This document shows positions 1-10,349 of a stretch of DNA of 64,000 bases, piece by piece. Location of the stretch: positions 1 through 64,000 of IMG/VR virus record IMGVR_UViG_3300037587_000923; one strand, given 5' to 3'. Positions within the stretch are counted from its first letter, which is position 1. Each line of letters starts with the position of its first letter. Both the position numbers and the translations under genes were made by a program. The notes below the pieces were generated by a model. That model had not been told where the DNA came from, made no database searches, and worked only from the letters and a program-made list of their open reading frames with translations. Source of the DNA: a virus.

Positions 1-331
1 ATATTAAGGTTTAACGGTAAAGAGTATTACGGCTTAGACAGTGAGGGTTTATTTCTTATCTCTTCACCTGATAAGATTGAAGTTATGAAGCACATAAAAT
101 CGCAGGGCTTTAGCATTAACTTAAGGCACTTGCAGAAAGGGGTTAAATAGTGAATTACAAGGCAATCAATAGCGCATATACAAGGCTATATAATCAGTGG
201 TGTATAGCTGGATATAGTCACAACGATGCAAGGAACATCGCAAAGACACAGGTTTGTTTAATATACAGTGCTTAAAACCGTAGGCCGTAAGGCTGAATAG
301 TACCCCATAGGGGAGAAAGAGAGAAAGAGTC

Positions 332-856
332 ATGAAGAAAACTACTAAGGGCACAAAAGGAACAGCAAAGGCAGACAAAGCCAGCCCGTATGCTATCAAG
401 GGAAAGGATGTCACAGGAGCTTGTATCGGCGTTATAGAGCAACTACTGGCAAATGCAGAACAGAATGGTGGCAAGGGTAGAGCATACGCCAACAAGAAAG
501 GGGTTGAAATGTTTTGTAAAGGGGTGGCCCGTTCAAATCTCAACCCAGATGTGCCGACGCTTAAAAACTTGCTCGTGAATGGTCACGGCCTGTCAACTAT
601 GAAGCAGGATATGGAGTTCAATGCCGAAGGCGAGGCCGTCAAGGTATGGGTAGCACCTGCCGATAAAGTCGCATGGACCGAAGTGCTTGACCTGTTAGAG
701 GAAAGGGGGAAGATTGTTCAGGTAAGAAAAATGGCATACCTTCCAGCCGATGCACCTGACACACAAAAACAGAAAGAGGCAAAGGCTGCAAAGGCTGCAA
801 AGCTTCAAGTCAAAGCAAACAGTCAGTATCACGACAAGGCCGCCTCTCTCCTGTAG
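332..856 (+). CDS. hypothetical basic protein (Lys/Ala-rich termini)
   Basis: 174-aa ORF with purine-rich leader, followed by a terminator-like hairpin. Confidence 0.7.
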   Translation: MKKTTKGTKGTAKADKASPYAIKGKDVTGACIGVIEQLLANAEQNGGKGRAYANKKGVEMFCKGVARSNLNPDVPTLKNLLVNGHGLSTMKQDMEFNAEGEAVKVWVAPADKVAWTEVLDLLEERGKIVQVRKMAYLPADAPDTQKQKEAKAAKAAKLQVKANSQYHDKAASLL

Positions 857-865
857 TAATAACTT

Positions 866-914
866 ACCCTGTCAGGCTGGAAACGGTCTGGCAGGGATAT
901 TTTTTTATTCTTTT
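866..914 (+). terminator. intrinsic terminator
   Basis: ccctgtcagg...tctggcaggg stem followed by a T-rich tract. Confidence 0.65.
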
Positions 915-1054
915 TTATTATATATAGCCTATGCTAAATGGGGATTCGGAACCCCCGGACTGAGTAGTAAAATTCGAGCTTGCCGTAGAGGGTATTGAGT
1001 ATCCTGTCCAGTGTGTTTGAATATTTCAGCATGCATAAAACTTGGAGGTGAGTG

Positions 1055-1225
1055 ATGGAGCCTACACAGACAGATATCCAGAATGCTTTGAGGATACTAA
1101 CTAGAGTAATGGCGCCTATAGAGACGCTGACTATGGTGTCTGGGGATCTGTTAACCCTCAACAACGAGGATATGATTTACAGAACTCAAGATTTAGCTGA
1201 AGTACTGGCGGAAAGGAGAAGGTGA
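1055..1225 (+). CDS. small hypothetical protein (56 aa, below ORF-track cutoff)
   Basis: GGAGGTG RBS then ATG; MEPTQTDIQNALR...AERRR*. Confidence 0.55.
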   Translation: MEPTQTDIQNALRILTRVMAPIETLTMVSGDLLTLNNEDMIYRTQDLAEVLAERRR

Positions 1226-1271
1226 GACACTAGAAAAGGGGAGTCTCAGAACCCCCAGAAAGGAGAGTAAT

Positions 1272-1508
1272 ATGATTGAGTTAAGGGACGATATGAGCGA
1301 GGAGCTGAAGGTTAAGATAACACTCACTCTGGCTCTGATAGAAGCCTTGAACATGAACGCAAAGGAGGCCACCGAGTACCTCATGGGTTGCGGCCTTTCC
1401 CCTACAGCTATGACTCGGCACGCCCTTTGGCTTGACGTAGCAGAACATGTATATCCCTATACAAAAAGCTTGATGATTCAGGCTTCCCGTAGGGCAAACA
1501 GAGCTTAG
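1272..1508 (+). CDS. hypothetical protein
   Basis: AGGAG RBS, operon context. Confidence 0.6.
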   Translation: MIELRDDMSEELKVKITLTLALIEALNMNAKEATEYLMGCGLSPTAMTRHALWLDVAEHVYPYTKSLMIQASRRANRA

Positions 1509-1595
1509 ACTTTAATTAGTGAGTGGAGGTGAGGTCTTCACTCACTACTCAAGGTTTAAATAACAAAGGCTTTCGGGCCAGAGAGGAGCTTTAAT

Positions 1596-1808
1596 ATGAA
1601 AAAGCATTGGGAAGATATAAAGGATGACATAAGGAAGAGTGGAGTCGATAAATTTGCCGACACTGTACCTTCAGAACAAGCTGGAGTGCTATTGACTGGC
1701 CTCACACTTTCCAGTCGCCTGACCGGTGCAGAGTATTATGCATTGTGTAAGAGGCTGTACCTCAATGCCACAGTTCACGACCCGCTTTACGAAGGGAGTA
1801 AGTCATGA
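1596..1808 (+). CDS. hypothetical protein
   Basis: GAGGAG RBS; ATGA overlap with next ORF. Confidence 0.6.
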   Translation: MKKHWEDIKDDIRKSGVDKFADTVPSEQAGVLLTGLTLSSRLTGAEYYALCKRLYLNATVHDPLYEGSKS

Positions 1809-2221
1809 GCTGCAAGGACTGTAGTGAGAGAGGCGATGAGATCATACGCTGGATGGATCCAGAGATATTAGGCATAGAGCCAGAGTTTGACGATGAAGGT
1901 GAGGAGATAGAGAGAGGCCCGATAAAGCTTGTCCGGTACTCCTGTAATTACTGGGATGAGCATAAGTATAGGACTGGTGTTAAGACCAGCATGAATGGCC
2001 TGAATAAAGGCACTGACTCCTGCTGTAGATATTCCCTTATGAAAAACATAGAGATTACCAATGCTGTAGTCGAGATAAATGGGGACTGGTTGAGGGATAG
2101 AGGAGTCTGTTTGAAAGAAGATAGAGACTATGAATTATTCGAGATTGAGAACTCCCTGGGGAAGGGGTTAAAGAAGCAGACGGAAAGACACGAGAAAGGG
2201 TTAAAATTACTGAACCTATAG
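1805..2221 (+). CDS. hypothetical protein
   Basis: translationally coupled ORF. Confidence 0.6.
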   Translation: MSCKDCSERGDEIIRWMDPEILGIEPEFDDEGEEIERGPIKLVRYSCNYWDEHKYRTGVKTSMNGLNKGTDSCCRYSLMKNIEITNAVVEINGDWLRDRGVCLKEDRDYELFEIENSLGKGLKKQTERHEKGLKLLNL

Positions 2222-2270
2222 GCCCTGAGTTTTTAACTCCCTTAAGAGATTGAACTTAAGGGGGTTGTAG

Positions 2271-2537
2271 TTGTCTGAAATTGGAGGACAGGCCATGAAT
2301 TACAAAGAAAGAAATAGGACGATCACGGTGTCAGTGCTTGAAGGCACGACTTTAAACGAAATATCTAAAGTATATGGCATCTCTGAAACACGAGCAAAAC
2401 AGATAGTTTTGAACTATTGTAGGCGTGATTTATTCCCCTCTTCCGACGGTATCTGGAAGAACAGAACTATGGAAGGGGTGGATAGTATTACAAAGGCCAG
2501 AAGGGTATGGGTTAATTTCAGCATGCCGAAAAACTGA
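2271..2537 (+). CDS. sigma-70 region-4-like HTH DNA-binding protein (likely true start ATG 2296-region, MNYKERN)
   Basis: GTTLNEISKVYGISETRAKQI HTH pattern; GGAGG RBS before MNYKERN. Confidence 0.6.
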   Translation: MSEIGGQAMNYKERNRTITVSVLEGTTLNEISKVYGISETRAKQIVLNYCRRDLFPSSDGIWKNRTMEGVDSITKARRVWVNFSMPKN

Positions 2538-2549
2538 GAGAGGTGAGAT

Positions 2550-3152
2550 ATGAGAACAAATAAAAAAGAAGAGTTGAGCGAATACGACAAGCAGGCGGCG
2601 GAGTTTTTAAAAAAGACAGGGGCAACAATTTCCAGCGTTTATACTGGACACCGGCCTTACTGGGGCGGTGAAAAGGAATTTAGGGCTACTTATATGGTGA
2701 CAATAACAAGAGAAGGCAAACCCGCGATGGCTTTTCCCTTCGGGCAATCAATGGCTGATAGCTGGAAGTTTTTCGCTTGCAGTATCCACGCCTCTTTCCA
2801 TAAACCTTATGATAGCACTACCACCAAAAAAGGGTTTGTATCTCTGCATGACTTGTTTAAAAGTGCTATTGAATCGGGCGACGATACTGGCAAGGGCCAT
2901 GGACGCTTTGCGAATTATAAAGGGATCAGCTACCAGATTAAGAAGCAAGAAAAAAACCCTTCAGATTACGACATCTTGACTTGCCTGACAAAGTATGATC
3001 CCGGAACATTTGAGAATTTCTGTTCTGGGTTTGGTTATGATACTGACAGCCGGAAAGCAGAAAAAACATATCAGGCGGTCAGGAAAGAATATCAAGCCCT
3101 CGCGCAAATATTCAGCTCGGAAGAGTTGGAAGAGATGGCGGAGATTCAATAA
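2550..3152 (+). CDS. hypothetical phage protein
   Basis: 200-aa ORF, GAGGTG RBS. Confidence 0.7.
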   Translation: MRTNKKEELSEYDKQAAEFLKKTGATISSVYTGHRPYWGGEKEFRATYMVTITREGKPAMAFPFGQSMADSWKFFACSIHASFHKPYDSTTTKKGFVSLHDLFKSAIESGDDTGKGHGRFANYKGISYQIKKQEKNPSDYDILTCLTKYDPGTFENFCSGFGYDTDSRKAEKTYQAVRKEYQALAQIFSSEELEEMAEIQ

Positions 3153-3161
3153 CCTAAAGTT

Positions 3162-3434
3162 ATGCTCTCCAAAAATTTGAGTGGTAGGAGGCCCAAGATG
3201 CTTGACAAGAACCAGAAGATAGTAGCTGATAATTACCAGGGAGGTGAGTACAGCTATGCAGATGAAGTAAAAGATCCGCACGGAAGGGATTACGGTGATA
3301 GCCTGTTTACTTTCCTCATGACAGAGCTGTCGTATGGGCAGGATTGCTTCACTAAAGGCGATGCTCTTCTTAGGCTGGATAATATTATCGAAGAAGCTGA
3401 AGAAGTAAAAAGGGCCTTTGAAAAGCTCGCTTAA
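3162..3434 (+). CDS. hypothetical protein
   Basis: AGGAGG RBS before internal MLDKNQ. Confidence 0.6.
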   Translation: MLSKNLSGRRPKMLDKNQKIVADNYQGGEYSYADEVKDPHGRDYGDSLFTFLMTELSYGQDCFTKGDALLRLDNIIEEAEEVKRAFEKLA

Positions 3435-3483
3435 AAATGCCGGCGCTTTACCCCCGGACTGAATAAAATTTAGGAGGTGCAGT

Positions 3484-3729
3484 ATGAAAACCATGAGGGA
3501 ATTAAAAAGAAGTATGATAACTAAAATTTTGTTTGTCTTGGTAGTGTTTCTGCTAATAATAAGATTGGCCCCACTCGACAGCTCTGACTACTCGTGGAAA
3601 CAGAGGAGCGGCTTGTCGGTTCACGTAGATGAGTTAACTGGGTGTCACTACCTCAGTAAGTTTCTTGGGGGAGTAACCCCGAGGTTCGATAGTGACGGCA
3701 ACCAGGTATGCTCAGGGCTACCGAAGTGA
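3484..3729 (+). CDS. small membrane-anchored protein
   Basis: AGGAGG RBS, N-terminal hydrophobic helix, two Cys. Confidence 0.6.
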   Translation: MKTMRELKRSMITKILFVLVVFLLIIRLAPLDSSDYSWKQRSGLSVHVDELTGCHYLSKFLGGVTPRFDSDGNQVCSGLPK

Positions 3730-3893
3730 AAACTAGAACTCTCAAAAGTAGGCCTAGACGGGAAATACTCGCTGATTGTATTTCCTCAGCCGATAAGCTC
3801 ATTACCTTGCAATGCGAGAAGGTTGAGTTACTTAAACAACACAAGAAGGGGCTTGAGCAGCTCCTAGAAGCGGAGGGGAGAGATGATAACTGA
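3708..3893 (+). CDS. mini-protein resembling the conserved helical region of type I R-M HsdS
   Basis: ILADCISSADKLITLQCEKVELLKQHKKGLEQLL resembles the recalled HsdS pattern IAxxLSxxDxLIxxxxxKxxxLKxxKKGLMQxL. Confidence 0.55.
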   Translation: MLRATEVKTRTLKSRPRREILADCISSADKLITLQCEKVELLKQHKKGLEQLLEAEGRDDN

Positions 3894-4077
3894 TAAAGAA
3901 TATGTTGATGCTGGTGGCTCATGCTGCCCTAGTTGCAAAGGCAAAGAGATTGAAGGCGACGCAATATCGGTGGATGGAGGCATAGCCTGGCAAGAAATAA
4001 AGTGCCTCGGTTGTGGCGCATCCTGGAATGATCTCTATACCTTAACAGGCTATTCAGATAGCGGAGGTAGATGCTAA
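3883..4077 (+). CDS. Zn-ribbon protein
   Basis: CPSC...CLGC. Confidence 0.65.
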   Translation: MITDKEYVDAGGSCCPSCKGKEIEGDAISVDGGIAWQEIKCLGCGASWNDLYTLTGYSDSGGRC

Positions 4078-4259
4078 CCCTCACTGTCAGAAGCCACACT
4101 AAAGACGGCACGGTAACTGTCTCGATTAACGGGAAAGGGTATGTATATTTCCTCGATGCAATGTGGACTGAGAGGTTCCTGAACATGGTTGATAGGTCCG
4201 CAGGGAAAGCCCTGCAATACATAAAAGAGAAGGCTTATGATTACAAGAGGTTAAGTTAG
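4071..4259 (+). CDS. hypothetical protein
   Basis: GGAGG RBS, coupled ORF. Confidence 0.55.
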   Translation: MLTLTVRSHTKDGTVTVSINGKGYVYFLDAMWTERFLNMVDRSAGKALQYIKEKAYDYKRLS

Positions 4260-4286
4260 CAGTCAAAACCTAAAGAGAAGGAGTAG

Positions 4287-4943
4287 ATGATGATTGAATT
4301 AAGAACAGGTGATTTTATAGATGCAAAAGTTATTACCGCAATAAGGATTGGCAAGGCGACGACAAAGGAGGAAAGAGAGTTCAATAAATTTTCTCATCCC
4401 CCTAGAGTTTTAGTAGATTTCAACAGAAGCAATATTATCTGCATAGATTTCAAGAGGCTGAAAGATGCCAAGGGCTATGCTATTGAGTTGCACGAAAAAG
4501 TGAAGGAGGAACTTGCTCAGATGGTGCAATCCGAGGCCAACGCTGAGAGGATAGTCACTTGCGTTAATAGCCATGATGAATTGCTGGCGGCCTGTAAGTA
4601 TGTTGTTAGATACCATAAAGAAAATGACAGCGGCGAGGGTGAGTTATTTGGGTTAGATTTTGTGACCACTTGTATCGCTGCCATAAGCAAAGCGGAAGGG
4701 AGCGCCCAAGGTGAGCATCCCCGAAAAAGTGATGGCAGTTATAAGGGTGACAGCAAGAAGATAAGCAATCTTGAGGTCGAGAACGGATACCTGGGAAACT
4801 TAAATAGCGAGTTGCTGGCGGCCTTGAAAAAATGTGTGGATGTAATATCAGAAGACGGCTTCCCTAACGGTACAACATTGGCCGAGGAGGATGCATTTAC
4901 GTCAGGCGAAAAAGCAATAAACAAAGCAGAAGGAGGTAAGTGA
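4287..4943 (+). CDS. hypothetical protein with two ELLAA...A(I)xKAEG repeats
   Basis: ELLAACKY...AISKAEG and ELLAALKK...AINKAEG. Confidence 0.65.
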   Translation: MMIELRTGDFIDAKVITAIRIGKATTKEEREFNKFSHPPRVLVDFNRSNIICIDFKRLKDAKGYAIELHEKVKEELAQMVQSEANAERIVTCVNSHDELLAACKYVVRYHKENDSGEGELFGLDFVTTCIAAISKAEGSAQGEHPRKSDGSYKGDSKKISNLEVENGYLGNLNSELLAALKKCVDVISEDGFPNGTTLAEEDAFTSGEKAINKAEGGK

Positions 4944-5215
4944 TGTTGATATTCCTGGAGATGACAAACACACATACATACATGATCGACGGCGGCCTTT
5001 CGCTATTCGGTAGGCCGAAGTTCTCTTGTGATGTATATGAGGAAGAGTCAAGGAAGTTGTGCCATACAGACGTCGGCTTTATAGCCAAGGCGCTCCCCGC
5101 CAACAAGAAGCTGGCTAAAATCAGGAAGCTTGTAGATAAGTATGAGGGAAGGGTATTAAGCAAACTCGGTCGCATTGTATTTAAGCGTAGGTTGAAAAGG
5201 CTGGAACATAATTAA
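4940..5215 (+). CDS. hypothetical protein
   Basis: AGGAGG RBS, overlapping start/stop. Confidence 0.55.
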   Translation: MMLIFLEMTNTHTYMIDGGLSLFGRPKFSCDVYEEESRKLCHTDVGFIAKALPANKKLAKIRKLVDKYEGRVLSKLGRIVFKRRLKRLEHN

Positions 5216-5250
5216 ATGGCGGGCTAGAAGCCCCCGGGAAGGAGAGAAAA

Positions 5251-5511
5251 ATGAAGTGGAGTTGGAGAACAAAAGCCCATGAAGGCGACAGAAGAAGGGT
5301 CAGGAAGTTTGCGTGGCTTCCAGTGAGGCTCGTGGATAACAGCATACTATGTCTCGAAAGGTACGTGGACAGACAGATATACACGCTCAATGGGATCTGG
5401 CCATATCCGAGGTGGTATTCCCAATATAAACTACAAAACTTTTCAGGTGAAATACCTGGAGAGAAGAGATGGATTGGCTGTAGTTTTCTCTGGAACGGCA
5501 TATGCGATTAG
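5251..5511 (+). CDS. hypothetical Trp-rich protein
   Basis: AGGAG RBS. Confidence 0.5.
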   Translation: MKWSWRTKAHEGDRRRVRKFAWLPVRLVDNSILCLERYVDRQIYTLNGIWPYPRWYSQYKLQNFSGEIPGEKRWIGCSFLWNGICD

Positions 5512-5524
5512 GAGAGGAGAAAAG

Positions 5525-5800
5525 ATGAGCACAAGAAGAACACACGATAAGATCATAGAGAAAGCCCTGAAGGAAGGTATTAATATCAACGAGACAGTCT
5601 TCAGGGTGTCAGTGTATGACATACTCTCCATTGCAGGTGATAGGCTGGGAGACAAGGCCCTCGAAGCTGACCTCGAAGATCTGGTAAGAGAGGTGAGGAG
5701 AGGGGTGGAATCCGGCCTTGAATGGAGTGAGGTTGTTGAGGTGGCTATTGATTATTACTGGGAAGGTAAGCAGAAGCCTAATAAGCCTGGAGGCGAGTGA
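5525..5800 (+). CDS. hypothetical protein (likely start MSTRRT)
   Basis: GAGGAG RBS before internal ATG of the 5390..5800 ORF. Confidence 0.55.
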   Translation: MSTRRTHDKIIEKALKEGININETVFRVSVYDILSIAGDRLGDKALEADLEDLVREVRRGVESGLEWSEVVEVAIDYYWEGKQKPNKPGGE

Positions 5801-6150
5801 TGTCTGACTACTGCCCTACCAGCAAGGAGTTTGTAAGATCCGTGCAGATAGAAGCCCTGAGGACTGGTGATTATCCCCGAGGGACTCAGATAATGTATAA
5901 GCCTAGCCACTCGAAGACTGAAGATGATTATGAATTTGGTTTTATCACGAGCTACTCCCCAAACGGAAATGTCTTCTGTAGATTTTTTCATAGGACTTGG
6001 AGTGGAGTCGGGTCAGTAACGCCTTCGAGAACTACGGCTAATAGCGAATCATGCAGAGCAGATGACCTGACTATACATACGAGCCGGCCACAAGAGATTG
6101 TCGATGAACTCCTGAGGAAGATAGATAATAACGAATCACTGTATGATTAA
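5797..6150 (+). CDS. hypothetical protein
   Basis: coupled ORF. Confidence 0.6.
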   Translation: MMSDYCPTSKEFVRSVQIEALRTGDYPRGTQIMYKPSHSKTEDDYEFGFITSYSPNGNVFCRFFHRTWSGVGSVTPSRTTANSESCRADDLTIHTSRPQEIVDELLRKIDNNESLYD

Positions 6151-6184
6151 TTTCAGCATGCCGAAAGGATGGAGGTAAAGGGAA

Positions 6185-6652
6185 ATGAGCCAGATAACAA
6201 ATAATGATGATGTAATTGACAGTAGGGACATTATAGCAAGAATTGACGAGCTGGAAGATATGTTTCAGGTATGTCAAAATTGTGGCGAAGATTTACCGAT
6301 AGGTGTGGATCATAGAGACAGCACATATCCTGGCCCAAATGGGGAACTTATAGTTGATTGCCCTAAATGTGACGGAATAATAATGTCAGAGAATGAAAGG
6401 GAGGAACTGGGTCATTTAGACGCAATAAAAGACGAATGCGAGGACTACGGCGACTGGAAATATGGCGTAACTCTTATTAATGATTTTTACTTTACCGAGT
6501 ATTGTATGGAATTATTAAAGGGTATCGGGGATTTACCACAAGATATACCTGGTTACATTGCCATAGACGAAGACCAAACAGCGGAGAATCTAAAGGTTGA
6601 TTACGCAACGGTTGACTTTGATGGTGTTGATTATTTTGTAAGAAATTGTTAA
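6185..6652 (+). CDS. acidic ArdA-like antirestriction/DNA-mimic candidate with Zn-ribbon insert
   Basis: very acidic; IPGYIAIDEDQTAENLKVDY resembles ArdA C-terminal pattern; CQNC...CPKC insert. Confidence 0.45.
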   Translation: MSQITNNDDVIDSRDIIARIDELEDMFQVCQNCGEDLPIGVDHRDSTYPGPNGELIVDCPKCDGIIMSENEREELGHLDAIKDECEDYGDWKYGVTLINDFYFTEYCMELLKGIGDLPQDIPGYIAIDEDQTAENLKVDYATVDFDGVDYFVRNC

Positions 6653-7557
6653 TTAAATCCAACAAGAAAGGGGAAGTGAAAATGAGGCACACACTAGCGA
6701 ATCACCAGGAGGTAGCACATTTCTGGGGCAATGAAGTTCAAGAAGATGGCGCAAGCGGCAATATGTTTTTTAAGAATAGGACAATCTTTTCTTACGGCTC
6801 ACATTTTGCCATTGCAAAACACTATGATAATAACTTAATACTTTTCACTAATAGAGGATACAGCAACTCCACATCAGCACATATTTCATATACTAAGCGA
6901 GCTATCCCTTGCGACAAGAACATCCTCTATTGCCATAACCCTGAAAGACCAGCAGATATCCAAAATCATGAAACGGCCATTCGGGGAATAGAAGACAATC
7001 TTAAAAAGGCAGTCAGGGCGCGGGAACGTAAACAGGAATACTTAAGTAATGCTGAATACGCATACAATCAGATTATACAATTAATAAAGATTTTTAAAAT
7101 CAAGGGCTGGAAGATACCAAAATACGACTTTACCACACCGGAAACAATCACAGAGTATATAAAAGAACGTGAAAGAAAGGCAGAGGCTAAACGAAAAAGG
7201 CAACTTGCAAAACAAAAAAAGCAAGACGCGCTTGACAGAGTCCTTTTCTTGGAAGATGTAGTAAAGTGGAAAAGCGGCGAAATAAAATCCGCTTACGATG
7301 TACAACACCGGCGCTTCGCAAACGAAGTTGACTACTGCCGGATTGATGGCGATATAGTAGAGAGCATGAGAAGCGCAAACGCCCCACTTAAAGCAGTAAA
7401 GGTGGTCTTGAGACGTATATTACAGGGAAAGCCAGTCAAAGGGGTTGAGCTGGGGCATTATACTATTATCAGCTATGATGGAGAGTCTTTAAAAATAGGC
7501 TGCCATGATTTTCCACAATCAGAAATTGACTGGCTTATCAGGCAACTGGGTATCTAG
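6646..7557 (+). CDS. hypothetical phage protein
   Basis: 303-aa ORF; FSYGSHFAIA motif. Confidence 0.7.
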   Translation: MLIKSNKKGEVKMRHTLANHQEVAHFWGNEVQEDGASGNMFFKNRTIFSYGSHFAIAKHYDNNLILFTNRGYSNSTSAHISYTKRAIPCDKNILYCHNPERPADIQNHETAIRGIEDNLKKAVRARERKQEYLSNAEYAYNQIIQLIKIFKIKGWKIPKYDFTTPETITEYIKERERKAEAKRKRQLAKQKKQDALDRVLFLEDVVKWKSGEIKSAYDVQHRRFANEVDYCRIDGDIVESMRSANAPLKAVKVVLRRILQGKPVKGVELGHYTIISYDGESLKIGCHDFPQSEIDWLIRQLGI

Positions 7558-7620
7558 CCACCCGACTTAATACCTTATAGAACCCTTAAGTCACTAACAA
7601 AGACTATAGCATGTTTCGGC

Positions 7621-8220
7621 ATGCGGAAAGGAGTTGAGATGGAACGGAAAACTGGAAGCGTTGAAGAGGTGATCGAGGCCTTCTGGGAAGGAAGGGAGCT
7701 TAGGGTTGTCAAGGTGTCTAATAACATGGGTCCGGCATGGTGGGGTGGTGACTATGCTCCTCAAGGCATAAGAGATCAGGTTAAAGTTTATCCCGATAGA
7801 GTTGAATATCTTCTATGGGATAGCCCGATCGCCGTAAGAAGTGGCAACATCCTAACCCTGAATAACTGTGGGTATGAGACAAATCTCACCAGAGACAGGA
7901 TGGGGGATATAACTGGCGGGCTGAAAAACTGGACATGGAGAAACGAAAGAGTTCCGTGGGTAGGTAAAGCGAATTGGGGATATAGTAATAATATCGACCT
8001 CCCCTTCCCTCTCAAAATTAATATCCTCAAGGGAGAGCCTTTCAAGAGAGAGGTACTTAAACACAAAGAGTTCTTAATATCGAAGCTCATGAAGTCCCGG
8101 GCAGAATGGCGATTCAGGTACATCTATAAAATATGTGAAGAATGGGGCCTCCAGAAAAACGTAAACGATGATGAACTCAATGCCAAGCTGGTGACTATGA
8201 CCATGAAAGGGGTGATCTGA
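7621..8220 (+). CDS. hypothetical protein
   Basis: 199-aa ORF coupled to next gene. Confidence 0.65.
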   Translation: MRKGVEMERKTGSVEEVIEAFWEGRELRVVKVSNNMGPAWWGGDYAPQGIRDQVKVYPDRVEYLLWDSPIAVRSGNILTLNNCGYETNLTRDRMGDITGGLKNWTWRNERVPWVGKANWGYSNNIDLPFPLKINILKGEPFKREVLKHKEFLISKLMKSRAEWRFRYIYKICEEWGLQKNVNDDELNAKLVTMTMKGVI

Positions 8221-9236
8221 TGTCGTACCTATACGATTTCACCGGAAGATGGGGTAAGACCCTGTATGAGTCTATAGATGAGTATCAGCACGGAAAGGTA
8301 TGGGATGAGATGTGCTACAACGAGCACAACTATGAGATAGACGCAGCCAAGCCTGAAGGTGAGAGGCGTTATGAGTTTGTAGAGTTCTTTATGGAAAGAT
8401 TGACTGGTGGCCAGATAAACGAGATAGCAGAGATGACCGGCCTTCTGTTCGACGATGAGACTCTCCCTATGTTTAACGAGTATGCCAATATCCCCATAGA
8501 GAAAAGAGTTTTCGATTGGCTGCTAACAAGTAAATGCCCTGATGACATAGAGGACGAAGAGAGTGTTATCGAGGAGAAGTGGGCATGCTGGGATCATATC
8601 AGCGAGACAGTCCAGATGTGGTTCGACGACATAGGCAAAGAAGACGACTTTGAGGTTGCTGTCTTCATGGGATATATAAATTTCCCCAAGTATGATCACG
8701 ACAAGAAGTGCTATGTAGAAACCCCGGGCGGTATGTCGATAGAATTCTTGGATAAGAAGAATACCTTGGAGGACAAAATATACAAGTGTCGTAGGTTTAA
8801 AAACAAAACCTCGAAGAAGAAACACAGACTTGAAGCCCAGCTCCTCGAACTAAAACAGAGCATGATCTATGTGAGCGGCGCTGAGAGTGGATATCACGGT
8901 GCCGAGAGAGAGTTCGATAGTGTCGATATGAACTCCATGCCAAAGTGTCCTGCTTGCGAGGATGTTGTGCCACCAAGTGCTTTAGACGAAGACAATAAAT
9001 CTACCATTGATAATTTCAGAGACGAGAGCGACACTGAGGAAGATTTCACGCTTGAACTTGTCGCCAGTGCTGGAACTAACGCATACCTTATATGCTGTCC
9101 TGAGTGCGGGGATAGTAGTATAGAGATAGTCGAAATGTACTTAAAAGATTGCGGCATAGATATCCCCGAGAGTGAAAAGATTCAAGGCGCCATCACGGCC
9201 AGAGAAGTAGCTGAAGCAATGGCGGAGGCAGCATAA
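8220..9236 (+). CDS. acidic protein with C-terminal Zn-finger
   Basis: CPAC...CPEC; D/E rich. Confidence 0.7.
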   Translation: MSYLYDFTGRWGKTLYESIDEYQHGKVWDEMCYNEHNYEIDAAKPEGERRYEFVEFFMERLTGGQINEIAEMTGLLFDDETLPMFNEYANIPIEKRVFDWLLTSKCPDDIEDEESVIEEKWACWDHISETVQMWFDDIGKEDDFEVAVFMGYINFPKYDHDKKCYVETPGGMSIEFLDKKNTLEDKIYKCRRFKNKTSKKKHRLEAQLLELKQSMIYVSGAESGYHGAEREFDSVDMNSMPKCPACEDVVPPSALDEDNKSTIDNFRDESDTEEDFTLELVASAGTNAYLICCPECGDSSIEIVEMYLKDCGIDIPESEKIQGAITAREVAEAMAEAA

Positions 9237-9274
9237 ACATTTAATGCCCATAAAGGGCGGAAGGGAGAAGTAAG

Positions 9275-10339
9275 ATGGCTGGAGCAGAGATATACGAAGT
9301 ATCAATAAGGGAAATGAAGGAGGTAGTGAAGGCATGCTACGAAACAAACACTCCGGTTATAGCGAGAGGGGGGCCTGGGCTTGGTAAGACAACAGGATTT
9401 ACTCAGGCTGCAAATGAGCTCAAGATAGGATGCAGGATTGAGGAGGGAAGTTCGCTCGACCCGTCAGACGTAAGGGGAGTTCTTGTTCCCAACCTCAAAG
9501 AGAAGACATCATTCTACACGACGCCTGCTATCCTGCCGAATAAGGAGGAGGGGCCAAAAGGACTGCTCGTTATCGACGAACTCGGCGGGTGTATGGCAGC
9601 CACACAGAAAGCTCTCCAGTCTCTGTTCGACCTAAGGAGAATAGGAGTTCATGGACTTATGGAAGGATGGCTTCCTGTAGCAACCGGTAATTATGCAACA
9701 GATGATGCGGGTGCTTTTAATCTCCTGACTACTTTTCAGGACAGGGGGGTAATACTCAACGTAAAGCCGAACTTCAACGTATGGAAGGAGGACTTCGCTC
9801 TCCCAACTGGAATTCATGAGAATATTATTTCATATCTGGATTTCAAGACGGCAGCTTTCTACACATTCAACGACAGGAAAACCGGTTCTCCTAAGGGTAA
9901 GGGCTTCGCATCGCCAAGGACTTATACTATGGCTTCAAGGTTTCTGAAGCTTAACCTGGCAGAGAACATCCTCAGGCCGATACTGATCGGTCTTCTCGGT
10001 GAGGGCGTAGCAAGGGAGTTGATGGGCTTTTGTGAGATCAGTCACAAGCTGCCAGCAATAGAGGATATATACAGAGGAAAGACAAATGCAGTCCCTGAGG
10101 ATCCGGCAGCACTGTATGCTTTGAGCGGTTCATTGGTTGCCTTCCTGAGAGGTTTGCCTGACGATCTGGCTATGAACGTGGCACTGGAAAGGCTCATGGA
10201 ATATACAAGGAAACTTCCTCGTGAGTTCGCCTGTCTTACCATGAAGGATGCCCAGCATTTAGTTGGCGATAAGCTGAAGAAATGTAAGGGCTGGGTAGGT
10301 TGGGCTAAAGACTACAAAGATCTCATACTGGCACTATAA
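9275..10339 (+). CDS. MoxR/dynein-related AAA+ ATPase
   Basis: Walker A GGPGLGKT, Walker B LLVIDE, ATGN sensor, SPRT motif. Confidence 0.9.
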   Translation: MAGAEIYEVSIREMKEVVKACYETNTPVIARGGPGLGKTTGFTQAANELKIGCRIEEGSSLDPSDVRGVLVPNLKEKTSFYTTPAILPNKEEGPKGLLVIDELGGCMAATQKALQSLFDLRRIGVHGLMEGWLPVATGNYATDDAGAFNLLTTFQDRGVILNVKPNFNVWKEDFALPTGIHENIISYLDFKTAAFYTFNDRKTGSPKGKGFASPRTYTMASRFLKLNLAENILRPILIGLLGEGVARELMGFCEISHKLPAIEDIYRGKTNAVPEDPAALYALSGSLVAFLRGLPDDLAMNVALERLMEYTRKLPREFACLTMKDAQHLVGDKLKKCKGWVGWAKDYKDLILAL

Positions 10340-10349
10340 GGAGTCCGTC

